Shown in pieces: positions 1 through 9,747 of a stretch of 63,548 nt of DNA; positions within the stretch are counted from its first letter, which is position 1; each line of letters opens with the position of its first letter. The notes beneath the pieces were generated by a model. It was not told where the DNA came from. It saw only the letters and a program-made list of their open reading frames with translations, and did not search any database. This DNA is from a virus (taxonomy: Duplodnaviria > Caudoviricetes), in the IMG/VR virus record IMGVR_UViG_3300046167_000466, positions 1 through 63,548 of that record. One strand, given 5' to 3'. The position numbers and the translations under genes were made by a program.

Positions 1-296
1 ACTGTCAAATTGTACGCCATCAACAAACTCAACATAAGTTTCGTTTGTATCAGACTCTTCCATTAGAACGACTCCATTTTTTCCAACTTTTTCATAAGCT
101 TGTCCAATTTTATCTCCAAGCTCTGTGTCGTTGTTGCATGAAATACTAGCAACTTGCTTAAGCATGTCACCTTTAATTTCAATACTGGCTTTATTAAGAT
201 AAACCATAACTTTTTCAGCGCCACTAGTAATGCCACTTTTAAGCTCTCTAACTTCTTCTTCATTTAAGTGCTTATTAACTGTTTTAAGTAAAGAAT
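1..296. repeat. 296-bp direct terminal overlap (copy 1), circular assembly junction
   Basis: actgtcaaattgtacgcc...gtaaagaat at 1-296 recurs at 63253-63548; the junction lies within the groEL frame. Confidence 0.97.
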
Positions 297-606
297 GCGC
301 GAGGACGGTTGATGTTGTTGTACCGTCCCCGGCTTCTTTTACTGTATTGCTTGCCGCTTCTTTTATAAGTGTAGCGCCAATATTCTCAACCGGATGTAAT
401 AAGACTACGCTTTCCGCAACGGTTACACCATCTTTTGTAATCACCGGTTTTCCAAGGGCGTCCTCATATATAACGCATTTTCCAGACGCACCCAACGTGC
501 TCTTTACTGCGTTTGACAATTTTTCAACGCCTTGCATAATTTGTTGTTTGGCATCATCGCCAAATGTGAGAGTTTTAACTATCTCACTAGGGTTATTAAA
601 TTCCAT
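1..606 (-). CDS. groEL: Chaperonin GroEL (Cpn60), 5' part; continues across the junction to 62305 (517 aa total)
   Basis: Manual translation from ATG 606: MEFNNPSEIVKTLTFGDDAKQQIMQGVEKLSNAVKSTLG...ITKDGVTVA...EAGDGTTTSTVLA; in frame with ORF 62305..63459; not in the ORF track. Confidence 0.96.
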   Translation of the reverse strand, partial: MEFNNPSEIVKTLTFGDDAKQQIMQGVEKLSNAVKSTLGASGKCVIYEDALGKPVITKDGVTVAESVVLLHPVENIGATLIKEAASNTVKEAGDGTTTSTVLAHSLLKTVNKHLNEEEVRELKSGITSGAEKVMVYLNKASIEIKGDMLKQVASISCNNDTELGDKIGQAYEKVGKNGVVLMEESDTNETYVEFVDGVQFDS

Positions 607-626
607 TAAATTAAATTTTAAATTAT

Positions 627-920
627 TTACTCTTTTTCAAAAGTCTTTACAATTTTAGGTCCTTTCATAAAATCTAGCTTTTTCTGATAATATTGAATTG
701 ATCCGTCAATTGCTGCTTCTGCACCCTCGATAGTTTCTCTCCTTGTAATATCTTTCCAGGAGTCTTCGTCTGGTACTTTGATTTCTGTTTGGTAGAATCC
801 ATTTGGTAGTTGCACGATTCGCCAATTGCTTTTGTCGGAGGCGTGCTTCCAGGTTTCTACGGTTTTTTCACTTACTTGTGGTTGACTACTCCACGAACTA
901 GTCTGATAAAATAGTGTCAT
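627..920 (-). CDS. Hypothetical protein upstream of groEL
   Basis: 97-aa ORF, downstream of a late-type promoter motif. Confidence 0.75.
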   Translation of the reverse strand: MTLFYQTSSWSSQPQVSEKTVETWKHASDKSNWRIVQLPNGFYQTEIKVPDEDSWKDITRRETIEGAEAAIDGSIQYYQKKLDFMKGPKIVKTFEKE

Positions 921-981
921 TTTGGTTTTGGTTTAATTATTACTATCTGGTTGCTCTGTCCCGAGCCGGTATACTTTATAT

Positions 982-1006
982 ATTACGTGGTTTATGACGG
1001 CATTAA
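982..1006 (-). promoter_or_regulatory. Putative middle/late promoter TTAA-N15-CGTAAT
   Basis: Same spacing as the motifs at 8055-8079, 18913-18937, 40336-40360 and 53224-53248. Confidence 0.6.
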
Positions 1007-1332
1007 CTTGGTTTTTCATCAACCCAAGGCTTGCCATTTTCCACCGACGGATTCTCAATAGCATCTTTGTTAGCTATCGCCATCGCGTCTATCTCTATTT
1101 CTGTTTGTGAAACAGCCTCGGCTCCAATAGCGTCTTTAACCCACCCTAATACTACTTCTTTGGTTAATTCACCATAAGGTATATAGCTAGAGGCAGGTGC
1201 TCCTTCAAATTTATTAATAAATATTTTGCGGGCATAACCAGGTGCATCTGTTTTTTCGCATGCACTCGTAACCTCTATTACATAACCATCGGAGGTTCTA
1301 TGATTCATTTCTAATACTGTCCAATTTGCCAT
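1003..1332 (-). CDS. Small tail-fibre-associated phage protein
   Basis: 109 aa; YIPYGELTKEVVLGWVK and C-terminal GKPW pattern common in small proteins next to tail fibres of marine phages. Confidence 0.6.
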   Translation of the reverse strand: MANWTVLEMNHRTSDGYVIEVTSACEKTDAPGYARKIFINKFEGAPASSYIPYGELTKEVVLGWVKDAIGAEAVSQTEIEIDAMAIANKDAIENPSVENGKPWVDEKPS

Positions 1333-1356
1333 TTGTTTTGTTTTATATTATTTTTT

Positions 1357-4300
1357 TTAATGCGCTTTCGCTTGAATTATAATCCATTCTGCTCCATCCG
1401 ACCATAACATTACTCCTTCGTAAGATTTAGATATTTCAAAGTCAGAAGCTCCGTCAACTGTTTCACTAAAATCGCTACCTGTTATAAGTACTTTATCACC
1501 CGCTCCATTACCAAAAGTGCCGTCTGAAATAAATCTAACTTTTCTGTATTGCATATCTGCGGCCGGAGGCAAGTTTAAAACATATGTGCCATTAACTCCA
1601 TTCCAGCTTATTTTTACAAGTGTAGCTATATCATCTGCCAATAAACTAGATGATCCACCAGGGGATGCTGTTACATTAAATGGTACTAAATAAGTTGCTT
1701 CCGAAGATTCATCACCACTCATCCTTATTTTAACGTCATTACCATTTCTATATAGCTGACCCACTTCGACACCTGATGCACCAGCATCTGCATCATTCCC
1801 ATAAGAAGTGCTGTAGCGTAAAGCGTGTGCCATAACCTGCATAGAGTCCCCCGCACTTGTATCGCCCGCGGATGTTGGTTTGCCCCTGAACTCCCAAGCT
1901 GTTCGTCTTATTTCATTGTTTACCCCAACCCCGAAAGCTACGGTTGACCTACCGTTTGGGTTATCAGACCTAAGAACAGTAGGGTCAGAAAATTGTCCTA
2001 GAATAATAGTATTGTTCGTAGCGGGTTTATTTTCTCTACCGATTAAATAAGTTCTTTGCGTGTTTAAAACATCGTTGTTATCTCCTATTGCAAATGATTT
2101 AAAATTAATATTATCATTTCCAAAACCAAATGCATATGCTTTTTCAATAGCAGATATACTATTGTTAGTACCAACGGCCACAGATGCAGCGGCGGCAATT
2201 GTATTAGACTTTCCAAAAGCGTACGACTCATTACCAGTAATTGCATTTTGTTGGCCAATTGAATATGTTCTATCAGCAGTAGAGCTGCTATTAACACCAA
2301 TAATATAAGCTCCTTGGTTATCGCTGTTTATAGTATTAGACGTACCTAAACAAAGTATACGATCACCTAAAACATTATTTAAGTGTCCAAATATCATCAT
2401 AGACCCAAAACCATCACCTGTTTCTGTAACTGTATTTCTGTCACCTAAAACAATAGTGTCGACAGAATCTACAGTGTTTTCTCTACCAATTACAAATTGT
2501 CTTGCTACTCCCTCGGATGTAGTGTTATCGACCCCAGCCACAAAGCTAGTTCCGCCTTTAACTGTATTAGTTGTACCAACTACTAATGTTTCACTTGCAT
2601 TTAAATTATTGCTTTTCCCTATAACTGTAGAGTTAAGAATTTCGGTTTGGAGATCGGTAGCCTGTATGTTGTTGTATTCACCAACCACAATAGCCCTAGC
2701 TGTTCTTCCGCTTGTGCTTCCTACGGAATTATAATTACCAACTTGGAGTGTTCTATTGGATGTTCCTGGTAGAGGTACGTTGTTCCAATCGCCTATCAAA
2801 AGGTTATCTTCATACGAGCCCACGCCGCTTATGGTGGTGGGTATAACTTTAACAGGAGAGTCACCTAACACCCCATTTGGACCATCTGACCATACTGGCA
2901 AGGTTTGGGTTGTACCAGTTCCTGTTACATTTCCCCCAGCGTCTGTAATTTCAATTATATCACCACTTGATGTAACGCCCAACCTGTATGCTTCAGTACC
3001 GGTTATTGTACCGGCTCCATAAGCATTTAATCTTATACTGTCACCGCCAAGTGCCAGCTGGCCCGCTACGGATGTTAAAGCGTTTTTGCCTATCGCGGTT
3101 GAACTCGAGTATTGCGCTATTGCATTGTCCCCGGCTGCTAAGGCAAACTCCACAACGTCGGTTTCGCTAGCTACTGATTTAACAATCGCGTGACCAATCG
3201 CTGTGGATTTTTCTACATCTGGACCATAGTCTGGGTAGGTAAATCCGGGAACTACTTTTGCTTCGTAGCCTAGGGCGACATTATGCTTACCCTGCGCCAA
3301 AGTAAAAGAGCCGATAGCTGCATTGAAATTATCAATTGTCCTGGGCTCATAGCCTAAACCGATACTAAATCTCCCTTGAACAAAAGGTACGTAGCCTGCT
3401 CCAAAACCACCCATTCCGGAAACTAGACCACCAAACCCTCTTTCAGGATCGAAGTCTTCGCCAACGCCAAATAAAGCTCCCGCAGAACCTGTAACTGTAT
3501 TTTGGTTACCTGCTGCGAAGCCTGATGGTGCGCTCACCGTATTGTAGTCACCGAAAGCCTGCCCGCCACTAGCTGTAACTATATTTCCTATACCACTTGC
3601 AAAAGAATTTGTATTTGATATTTCATTACTAGTTCCAAAAGCCGCGGAAGCAGAGCCCGTTACTGTGTTATTATTACCAGAAGCGAAAGCATTAGGGTCA
3701 GATATTGTATTGTTTTCACCAAAAACAAACCCCCTATGCACGCTAGTTGTATTTCCGACTCCAAAATTATATACGCCCAAATCGTCGTCAAAAGAAACAG
3801 TTGTAGACTGAGTTTGGATGTTATTACTGTCTCCGATCCATATTCTGTTTTCATCCAACGCGAATTGCCCATTAACAGCAATTGTTATAGTATCACCTAA
3901 AGCTGTTGTTGAAATAGCGTTGCCACCTAATATTTTAAACACCTGGGTATCTAAATCTACTGTGCCGTCACCCACGTCCCCCTCGAAGTTTAAATCATCG
4001 TCTTCCGGATCTGCCCAGTACACTTTACCAACACCATCCGTTGTAAGTTGTGAGCCAGCAGCCCCAATATCATTTGGAAGCTCCATTGTGTATGAAGCGG
4101 GTAAATCAGCATGAGCAGGCGCTTTAATAGTAATACCTGTTGCGTTTAGGCTTGAATTTAAAATCAGCCGCCCAGATTCAGCAACCCCTTCTGTTAGCTT
4201 TCCTTTTATCTTAGCTTCTTTATCAACTTGCAATAATCCAGCAATTGTTATTTTAGTACCGTCAGGGTTTACATCTTGCGACATAATAGAGCCTGTTATA

Positions 4301-4518
4301 CGAGTGGCGTTTGAGCCTAATGTATCTTGGGTATCTCTAAATACTGGAATTGTAAAACTAACTGCATCTGGGTCTATAAACTTATCAATGACATATTCTG
4401 CAATATCGCCTAGAAAAAAGTTTTTAGTTACTAGTTCATTAGTATCTCCATCTGTACCGATTATGCGGTCAAGATCGGATATATGTAGGTCCTTTTGATA
4501 AGTAGGTATTCTAGCCAT
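1357..4518 (-). CDS. Tail fibre / receptor-binding protein with YadA-head-like beta-roll repeats
   Basis: 1053 aa; many ~14-aa A-x-G-x-x-N repeats; N-terminus MARIxxY...D-x-(I/L)-(I/V)GTD shared with the next gene. Confidence 0.8.
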   Translation of the reverse strand: MARIPTYQKDLHISDLDRIIGTDGDTNELVTKNFFLGDIAEYVIDKFIDPDAVSFTIPVFRDTQDTLGSNATRITGSIMSQDVNPDGTKITIAGLLQVDKEAKIKGKLTEGVAESGRLILNSSLNATGITIKAPAHADLPASYTMELPNDIGAAGSQLTTDGVGKVYWADPEDDDLNFEGDVGDGTVDLDTQVFKILGGNAISTTALGDTITIAVNGQFALDENRIWIGDSNNIQTQSTTVSFDDDLGVYNFGVGNTTSVHRGFVFGENNTISDPNAFASGNNNTVTGSASAAFGTSNEISNTNSFASGIGNIVTASGGQAFGDYNTVSAPSGFAAGNQNTVTGSAGALFGVGEDFDPERGFGGLVSGMGGFGAGYVPFVQGRFSIGLGYEPRTIDNFNAAIGSFTLAQGKHNVALGYEAKVVPGFTYPDYGPDVEKSTAIGHAIVKSVASETDVVEFALAAGDNAIAQYSSSTAIGKNALTSVAGQLALGGDSIRLNAYGAGTITGTEAYRLGVTSSGDIIEITDAGGNVTGTGTTQTLPVWSDGPNGVLGDSPVKVIPTTISGVGSYEDNLLIGDWNNVPLPGTSNRTLQVGNYNSVGSTSGRTARAIVVGEYNNIQATDLQTEILNSTVIGKSNNLNASETLVVGTTNTVKGGTSFVAGVDNTTSEGVARQFVIGRENTVDSVDTIVLGDRNTVTETGDGFGSMMIFGHLNNVLGDRILCLGTSNTINSDNQGAYIIGVNSSSTADRTYSIGQQNAITGNESYAFGKSNTIAAAASVAVGTNNSISAIEKAYAFGFGNDNINFKSFAIGDNNDVLNTQRTYLIGRENKPATNNTIILGQFSDPTVLRSDNPNGRSTVAFGVGVNNEIRRTAWEFRGKPTSAGDTSAGDSMQVMAHALRYSTSYGNDADAGASGVEVGQLYRNGNDVKIRMSGDESSEATYLVPFNVTASPGGSSSLLADDIATLVKISWNGVNGTYVLNLPPAADMQYRKVRFISDGTFGNGAGDKVLITGSDFSETVDGASDFEISKSYEGVMLWSDGAEWIIIQAKAH

Positions 4519-7500
4519 TGTTTTCTTTTAATGTTTTTATTTCTTCTTTAAGATCGTTTACACTTTCTATTAATTCTTTAATAGCCGCGGTATTGATAGC
4601 AATTATATTGTTATATTCAACACTTAACGGCTTGTCAACACCATTGACGCTATTTTTATTTTTTAGTATAGCTGTAGGTAAAACCTTTTCTATTTCTTGC
4701 GCTAGGAATCCGTATTTTTCATTTAAACTAACATTTAAGTCTTTACGGTTTGACACGCTGGCTTTCCAGTCATACTTTACAGGGTTTAGCTTGTTAACTA
4801 GATCTACAGGACTTTCGATAGCTGATATATTATCCTTAAGTCTTTTATCTGAAAAACTGCTCGCCGACAGTGTGCTAACAGTAGTTGAGGCTACATCACC
4901 TGCTATTTGTATATCTCCCCAAAATTCTGCTACGTTGTTTCCAGCAGTAATATCCCCAATTGCAGCGTAACCATCAGTACTTTTAACTTGAATACCATTT
5001 TCCGCTATCGTAACGCGCTTTGTGGAGCCTGACCCTTCCCTGTAAACAATGGGTTGAAGCCCAGTGTATGTGCCCGTGCCTGTCCCCAAATATGGGTCGC
5101 CTGGGACAACCGTCACACTCTTGTCGCCTGAGTATCCAGTGGTTCTTACTGTATTAAACGCTAGATTTTTTACTTCATATTTAACTTTAAAATCAGTTAC
5201 TTTTACTGCACTACCAACCGTTAATCCAGACAAAGTCCCCTCCGCAGCAGACGGCACTGCTTCAAAATAAGAGAAAACTCCTGGGTCAAATTCGAAATAC
5301 CAGCTGGAGGGAGTGCCATCCGGGTAGAATCCGTCGGGGTATACCCACACATTGCCATCAGTTTCACTCCATGAGGCGTATAAAGTGTCGGCCACAGTCT
5401 GATCAAATATAACCGAGTTAACTTGTTGAGTATACGAGTACCCGTTTGGACGAGTGATTGTAAATGTAAACTCCGCTGTTGCTTTTAAATAAAAATTAAC
5501 ACCGCGCTGCGCGACAAAACTAGTGTATACCGGTTCGCCAGTCTGTGAGTCTGTGTATCCTGTGTCATATTGACTGCTAGTTCCTACTAGATCTATTGGA
5601 ACGTCAAATGATAAAAGCGGCGTACCTAATTCGTACATTTGCATTACGAAATCAACGGTTGGCGATGTTACCGTATAAGGCGTGTTATCAGCGGCATTTG
5701 TATTATCATACCATGTAAAATCAGAAAATAATATATTTCCATTAGATTGCAAGTTGGTGCTATTTCTCGATAGCGTCCCGGAATTAGACGATGTAGTTAG
5801 GCTTACGTAGCCTACTGGTGTTATGGGGTTTAAGCTAGAGGAGGAAATTAAAATTTCTTCGGAACCTGCTTGATTATAATTTCCATTAGGATCAAACGCT
5901 ATATTCGGGGATGACGCTGATGATTTTAACGCTCCATTTGAATCCACTACCCAAGACCCAATTGATCCCGCTGAATGGGCACCTCCAAAATTTGCACTAC
6001 CATCATTATTGATATAGAACTGCTCCGCATGGATGGAACCGTTGTCTAGGTTTATGGCCATACCTTGGTCTGAGAAACCTTCAGTAGGTGTAGTAGCGTG
6101 CTGATAATTCCCACTGGCTATGATCCCCGTTTCTATTTGGCCGCCATTAATTGTTGTGCTAGTAGTTATATATCCACCGTTTGTAAGATAAGTGGCTAAT
6201 TGGGCTGCGTCCAATCCGGCACCCACTTGGTAGCCTTGATCGTTTAAGTAAGTCTGAAGAGCTGCTTCGTCTAAAAACGAAGAAGTATCTGGTAGATCGC
6301 CTGTAGTAGTATAGTTGTTTTGGGTTAGGTATGTAGAAAGATCGTCAAAATCAATACCCTGCCCTGTCGATGCGTTTGAGAATGTTACTTGCCCGTTTAA
6401 TGATATAGTACCGTCCGCGTTAATAATAAATGGAGATACCGTTCCACCTGGGGTATTAATCTTAAATACATCAGCTAAGAAAGCAATTTCAGATAGACTT
6501 GTTTGCCCGTCAGCTAAGAATGTCATTCCTGCAATTGCGTCGCCGGCAGTTAAATTTAATCCATAAGATGATTGCAATTGGCCCTCTATATCGGAAACTG
6601 TACTTGCTGTTTGAGTAAGCGTAGCCGTATTGCCATTTACAGTAGATTCCAGTGATGTTACGCTTTGTGCTGTTGCCAACGTGTCAGTAGCGGTGGTTTC
6701 TAATAGCGAAGTCGCGAACGCTTCTGTGACATCGCCGTTTGGGCTAAATATTTGCGCGTTTAAGTCTGTTACTGTTTGTGCCAATGCATAATCTGCTAGC
6801 ACTGTGGTTAACTGTGACCCTGTAATACCAGCCGTTGAAGACGAAGCAATCTCTCCGTCTATATAATTAGTTAAAGTGGATTCTAATGTAGTTAAGTCAG
6901 ATGAGGTTGCATAACCTTCACCCGCAACTGTCGTTGTTATTTCATTTGCTAGTGCACTTGAAAGCCCAGTTAAGTTACCATTTGCATCAAATGTACCAAA
7001 TTCAGCTCCTAAATCTGTAATTGACTGCGCAGTTGCTAAATCTGGCCCTGAATATGTGCTTAATACGTTGTTTGCAAACGCGTCTGACAGCGTATTTAAC
7101 GTTCCGTCTGGGTTGAATGTCCCAAAGCTGCTTAAAAGGTTAGTCCATTGCGAGGATTGAGAGAAATCCGAACCAGCTTCAGCAACTATACCACTCACGG
7201 CACTTGCAAAAGAATCTGTTTGGATAATTCCATCGGCGTAGCTTTGATAACCGGCCGTTAAAGTGTCTTGAAGGAGTGCAATAGACCCTTCTAGTGTAGA
7301 AGTTGTTTGCGCCAACTGATCAATTGTGGCATATGTGTCTATTGTAAGCTGCCCATCTATAATTTGCTGGACTTGTGAAGATAAAGAATTTAGCGACGTG
7401 GCAGAAGCAAACCCTTCGGAAGCTATAGTTTCGTAGAAATTAGTGATATTTGCTGTAGAAAGCGTTACCGTGCCATCAACATTTGTATTAAATACAGATT

Positions 7501-7789
7501 CTAGCGTTTCTGTACGATTTACAATAGACGTAAATTCGTTTGTAAGAGTGTTTACTATGTTTTGGTATGTAGCAATGGATGTAGTATTTCCATCTATGCT
7601 TGTTGTGATATCCAGAAGACTCTGATTTATGCCATCACCGTTACCATTTGTTGAAAAGTAATCAATGGCTAGGTCAACAATAGCCGCAATCGGTATATTC
7701 ACCGTAGCTTTCTGATTTTCTACATCGGTTCCGACCAATGTGTCAGATAATGTTACCTTACCCTTAGTGTATCTATGTATTCTAGCCAT
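4511..7789 (-). CDS. Tail fibre/spike with C-terminal intramolecular chaperone (peptidase S74-like)
   Basis: 1092 aa; coiled-coil and repeat N-half; YGLNL...IAGM...IAFLADVFKI segment (lambda J/DUF1983-like); SDKRLKDNI...YGFLAQEIE...coiled-coil end. Confidence 0.85.
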   Translation of the reverse strand: MARIHRYTKGKVTLSDTLVGTDVENQKATVNIPIAAIVDLAIDYFSTNGNGDGINQSLLDITTSIDGNTTSIATYQNIVNTLTNEFTSIVNRTETLESVFNTNVDGTVTLSTANITNFYETIASEGFASATSLNSLSSQVQQIIDGQLTIDTYATIDQLAQTTSTLEGSIALLQDTLTAGYQSYADGIIQTDSFASAVSGIVAEAGSDFSQSSQWTNLLSSFGTFNPDGTLNTLSDAFANNVLSTYSGPDLATAQSITDLGAEFGTFDANGNLTGLSSALANEITTTVAGEGYATSSDLTTLESTLTNYIDGEIASSSTAGITGSQLTTVLADYALAQTVTDLNAQIFSPNGDVTEAFATSLLETTATDTLATAQSVTSLESTVNGNTATLTQTASTVSDIEGQLQSSYGLNLTAGDAIAGMTFLADGQTSLSEIAFLADVFKINTPGGTVSPFIINADGTISLNGQVTFSNASTGQGIDFDDLSTYLTQNNYTTTGDLPDTSSFLDEAALQTYLNDQGYQVGAGLDAAQLATYLTNGGYITTSTTINGGQIETGIIASGNYQHATTPTEGFSDQGMAINLDNGSIHAEQFYINNDGSANFGGAHSAGSIGSWVVDSNGALKSSASSPNIAFDPNGNYNQAGSEEILISSSSLNPITPVGYVSLTTSSNSGTLSRNSTNLQSNGNILFSDFTWYDNTNAADNTPYTVTSPTVDFVMQMYELGTPLLSFDVPIDLVGTSSQYDTGYTDSQTGEPVYTSFVAQRGVNFYLKATAEFTFTITRPNGYSYTQQVNSVIFDQTVADTLYASWSETDGNVWVYPDGFYPDGTPSSWYFEFDPGVFSYFEAVPSAAEGTLSGLTVGSAVKVTDFKVKYEVKNLAFNTVRTTGYSGDKSVTVVPGDPYLGTGTGTYTGLQPIVYREGSGSTKRVTIAENGIQVKSTDGYAAIGDITAGNNVAEFWGDIQIAGDVASTTVSTLSASSFSDKRLKDNISAIESPVDLVNKLNPVKYDWKASVSNRKDLNVSLNEKYGFLAQEIEKVLPTAILKNKNSVNGVDKPLSVEYNNIIAINTAAIKELIESVNDLKEEIKTLKENNG

Positions 7790-7807
7790 TTATTTTTTGT
7801 TTTTACG

Positions 7808-8044
7808 CTAGTAATTAGCGCCTGATTCTTTCTTTGTGCCTTGACCATCGTTACCCCTGTTTCTTTCTGGAGTTTCCCAACGTTTATCCTTGTGGTCCCA
7901 ATCTTTTCCTTCTGCTTCACTGCCAGCGGCTCGACGCCGTTTTTGGTTTTCAGCTTTTTTTCTTCTCCTATCCGGGCTCATAGCGTAAGCTTTATCGCGT
8001 GCAGCTTTAGCTCTCCTGGCTGCCGGAGATAGTTTTTGTGTCAT
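7808..8044 (-). CDS. Small basic protein with HNH-like remnant (GKDWDH...RNRG)
   Basis: 78 aa, Arg/Lys-rich; first gene of the leftward arm. Confidence 0.6.
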   Translation of the reverse strand: MTQKLSPAARRAKAARDKAYAMSPDRRRKKAENQKRRRAAGSEAEGKDWDHKDKRWETPERNRGNDGQGTKKESGANY

Positions 8045-8054
8045 ACTGTGTATG

Positions 8055-8079
8055 ATTACGCTGTTTTCGGAGTACTTAA
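8055..8079 (-). promoter_or_regulatory. Putative late promoter TTAA-N15-CGTAAT for the leftward arm
   Basis: ttaa gtactccgaaaacag cgtaat on the - strand, ending 10 nt before ATG 8044. Confidence 0.6.
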
Positions 8080-8125
8080 TGCGACAGTTGCCTGCTACTA
8101 TTATATATAACTACCTAATGTCACA
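8080..8125. promoter_or_regulatory. Inverted-repeat site TGCGACA-N32-TGTCACA (copy 1)
   Basis: AT-rich core; similar copies at 9414-9460 and 17443-17489. Confidence 0.65.
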
Positions 8126-8338
8126 ATATATTTAAAAAATAGTTAGATATGTAGGGGTAATGGGTTGCTACTACACATACAGCGTACAGCCGCGATACGG
8201 GAACTCGTTTCTTTTGACCAGCCCCTGCCCAGGTTTACGTTTCCGGGTCCTGGTTCCTGGTTACGGCTTCAGGCTTACGGCTGCAGCAGACTGGCTAGCA
8301 CAGGATCCTGTCCAGGTTTTAGGGATTCATGTATAGCA

Positions 8339-8372
8339 TTTACAGTATTACTACGGTGCATTACCGATAATA
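8339..8372 (+). promoter_or_regulatory. Early promoter motif TTTACA-N8-ACGA-N8-CGATAATA (copy 1)
   Basis: tttaca gtattact acgg tgcattac cgataata. Confidence 0.75.
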
Positions 8373-8394
8373 TATACGAATAAAGAATATAACT

Positions 8395-8550
8395 ATGAAA
8401 CAATACTTAATCTCAACAAAGAACTGGCTCGGTAATTACAACACAACACTGGTCAACATAACTAACGAGCAGCATCTGACCAACTACCTGGACAAGATCA
8501 ACAGATCCTCAACCAGTAAACTTATCGGAGTTACAGAGCACACACGATAA
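8395..8550 (+). CDS. Small early hypothetical protein (51 aa)
   Basis: Manual ORF MKQYLISTKNWLG... directly after the promoter motif. Confidence 0.6.
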   Translation: MKQYLISTKNWLGNYNTTLVNITNEQHLTNYLDKINRSSTSKLIGVTEHTR

Positions 8551-8563
8551 CCACACGATAATA
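8530..8563 (+). promoter_or_regulatory. Early promoter motif (copy 2)
   Basis: gttaca gagcacac acga taaccaca cgataata. Confidence 0.7.
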
Positions 8564-8592
8564 TAAATGTATAACAATTAAAACTAATAACT

Positions 8593-8712
8593 ATGTCTCA
8601 CATGAATACAACCTTACTAAAGATCTCATACAGAAAGTATGGCAAATGCTACAGCAAACTAACGTCTGAGCAAAGATCAACAGTCCTAGATATATACTAT
8701 GACTTCTATTAA
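8593..8712 (+). CDS. Small early hypothetical protein (39 aa)
   Basis: Manual ORF MSHMNTTLLKISYRKYGKCYSKLTSEQR... Confidence 0.55.
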   Translation: MSHMNTTLLKISYRKYGKCYSKLTSEQRSTVLDIYYDFY

Positions 8713-8713
8713 A

Positions 8714-8747
8714 CTTACAAACTGAATACGAATGGTATTCGATAATA
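8714..8747 (+). promoter_or_regulatory. Early promoter motif (copy 3)
   Basis: cttaca aactgaat acga atggtatt cgataata. Confidence 0.75.
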
Positions 8748-8788
8748 TAAATGTAACAAATAAATAATAAACTTAAATAAATTAAATT

Positions 8789-9109
8789 ATGTCAAATTCT
8801 AAATTAAACGAAGCAATTTCAAAACTATCTAAAGAAGAACTAAATGAAATCTTCCCACCTATCGAACGTAAGAACTTCGTAGTCCGTAAATCTTGGTACG
8901 GTAGAAATCAAATCATTACCTTTGTAAATAACAAAAATCAAAAGATTACTTACAATCATGATGAAGTACTTAAAGTAATGTTACCTAAACTATCTATCAT
9001 GCCTTGTTGGATTAAAAGAGGTTACTGGTCTCAATCTACCGATATGCCTTCGAATGTTCGAACTAATGTAATCGAAAGAGTTGAATTAGAGGAGACTACT
9101 GAAAAGTAG
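8789..9109 (+). CDS. Early hypothetical protein
   Basis: 106-aa ORF after promoter motif, A-rich leader. Confidence 0.75.
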   Translation: MSNSKLNEAISKLSKEELNEIFPPIERKNFVVRKSWYGRNQIITFVNNKNQKITYNHDEVLKVMLPKLSIMPCWIKRGYWSQSTDMPSNVRTNVIERVELEETTEK

Positions 9110-9134
9110 TTTCTTCACCCCAAACAAATAAATT

Positions 9135-9269
9135 ATGGAAACACAATACCTAAAAGATCTTATAACCAATCTAGAAAATAAAAACGATAGGATCGCCTTA
9201 CTATGGACTTTAACAAATAGTAAGAAAATAAACAGAAGACAATTTAAAGAACTTCTAAAGACCCTATAA
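9135..9269 (+). CDS. Small early hypothetical protein (44 aa)
   Basis: Manual ORF METQYLKDLITNLENK... Confidence 0.55.
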   Translation: METQYLKDLITNLENKNDRIALLWTLTNSKKINRRQFKELLKTL

Positions 9270-9413
9270 CTATACCTTCTCGGGTATAATTCAAACAGCC
9301 TGGCGCGTTGAGATGTGTGCATCACCAGTATAAATAACGTTGAACAGATCACCTAATATGCATCGTAACTGATGTGTATAGCAACCGCCTATAACTTATT
9401 CAATCGATCGGTA

Positions 9414-9460
9414 TGCGACGATAGCTTCTTATTATATATACTTAACACCCTATTGTCACA
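9414..9460. promoter_or_regulatory. Inverted-repeat site TGCGACG-N33-TGTCACA (copy 2)
   Basis: tgcgacgatag...ctattgtcaca with AT-rich core. Confidence 0.65.
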
Positions 9461-9547
9461 CTATTTGGGTAAATAATTTTTTAGGTACTTAGAGGAGTAG
9501 AGTAATACCTGTATAACTATTTCTACCTACAAACAAAGTATATACTT

Positions 9548-9581
9548 TTTACAATATAAATACGAAGTATATTCGATAATA
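9548..9581 (+). promoter_or_regulatory. Early promoter motif (copy 4)
   Basis: tttaca atataaat acga agtatatt cgataata. Confidence 0.75.
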
Positions 9582-9606
9582 TATATGAATAAAAAATATA
9601 ACTACT

Positions 9607-9744
9607 ATGCAATTTATACTAACTTGTGAAAACGGAAAACAAATAGATATGTCCACCGATATTTTATGCCAAATGAAAGGTGGGATAACTCGTGAAGAAG
9701 TTGAAGAAAGAATCGAATTTTATCAAACTACTAATACTAAATAA
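9607..9744 (+). CDS. Small early hypothetical protein (45 aa)
   Basis: Manual ORF MQFILTCENGKQIDMS... Confidence 0.6.
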   Translation: MQFILTCENGKQIDMSTDILCQMKGGITREEVEERIEFYQTTNTK

Positions 9745-9747
9745 ACT

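Noticed and set aside
1-296. 296-bp repeat as the phage's physical terminal repeat
   Set aside because: It interrupts groEL in frame, which fits an assembler circular overlap better.
230-658. + strand 142-aa ORF and the many other antisense or nested ORFs in the track (e.g. 2060, 4518, 32202, 62663, 63..263)
   Set aside because: They are shadows or alternative frames of well-supported genes and have no motifs of their own.
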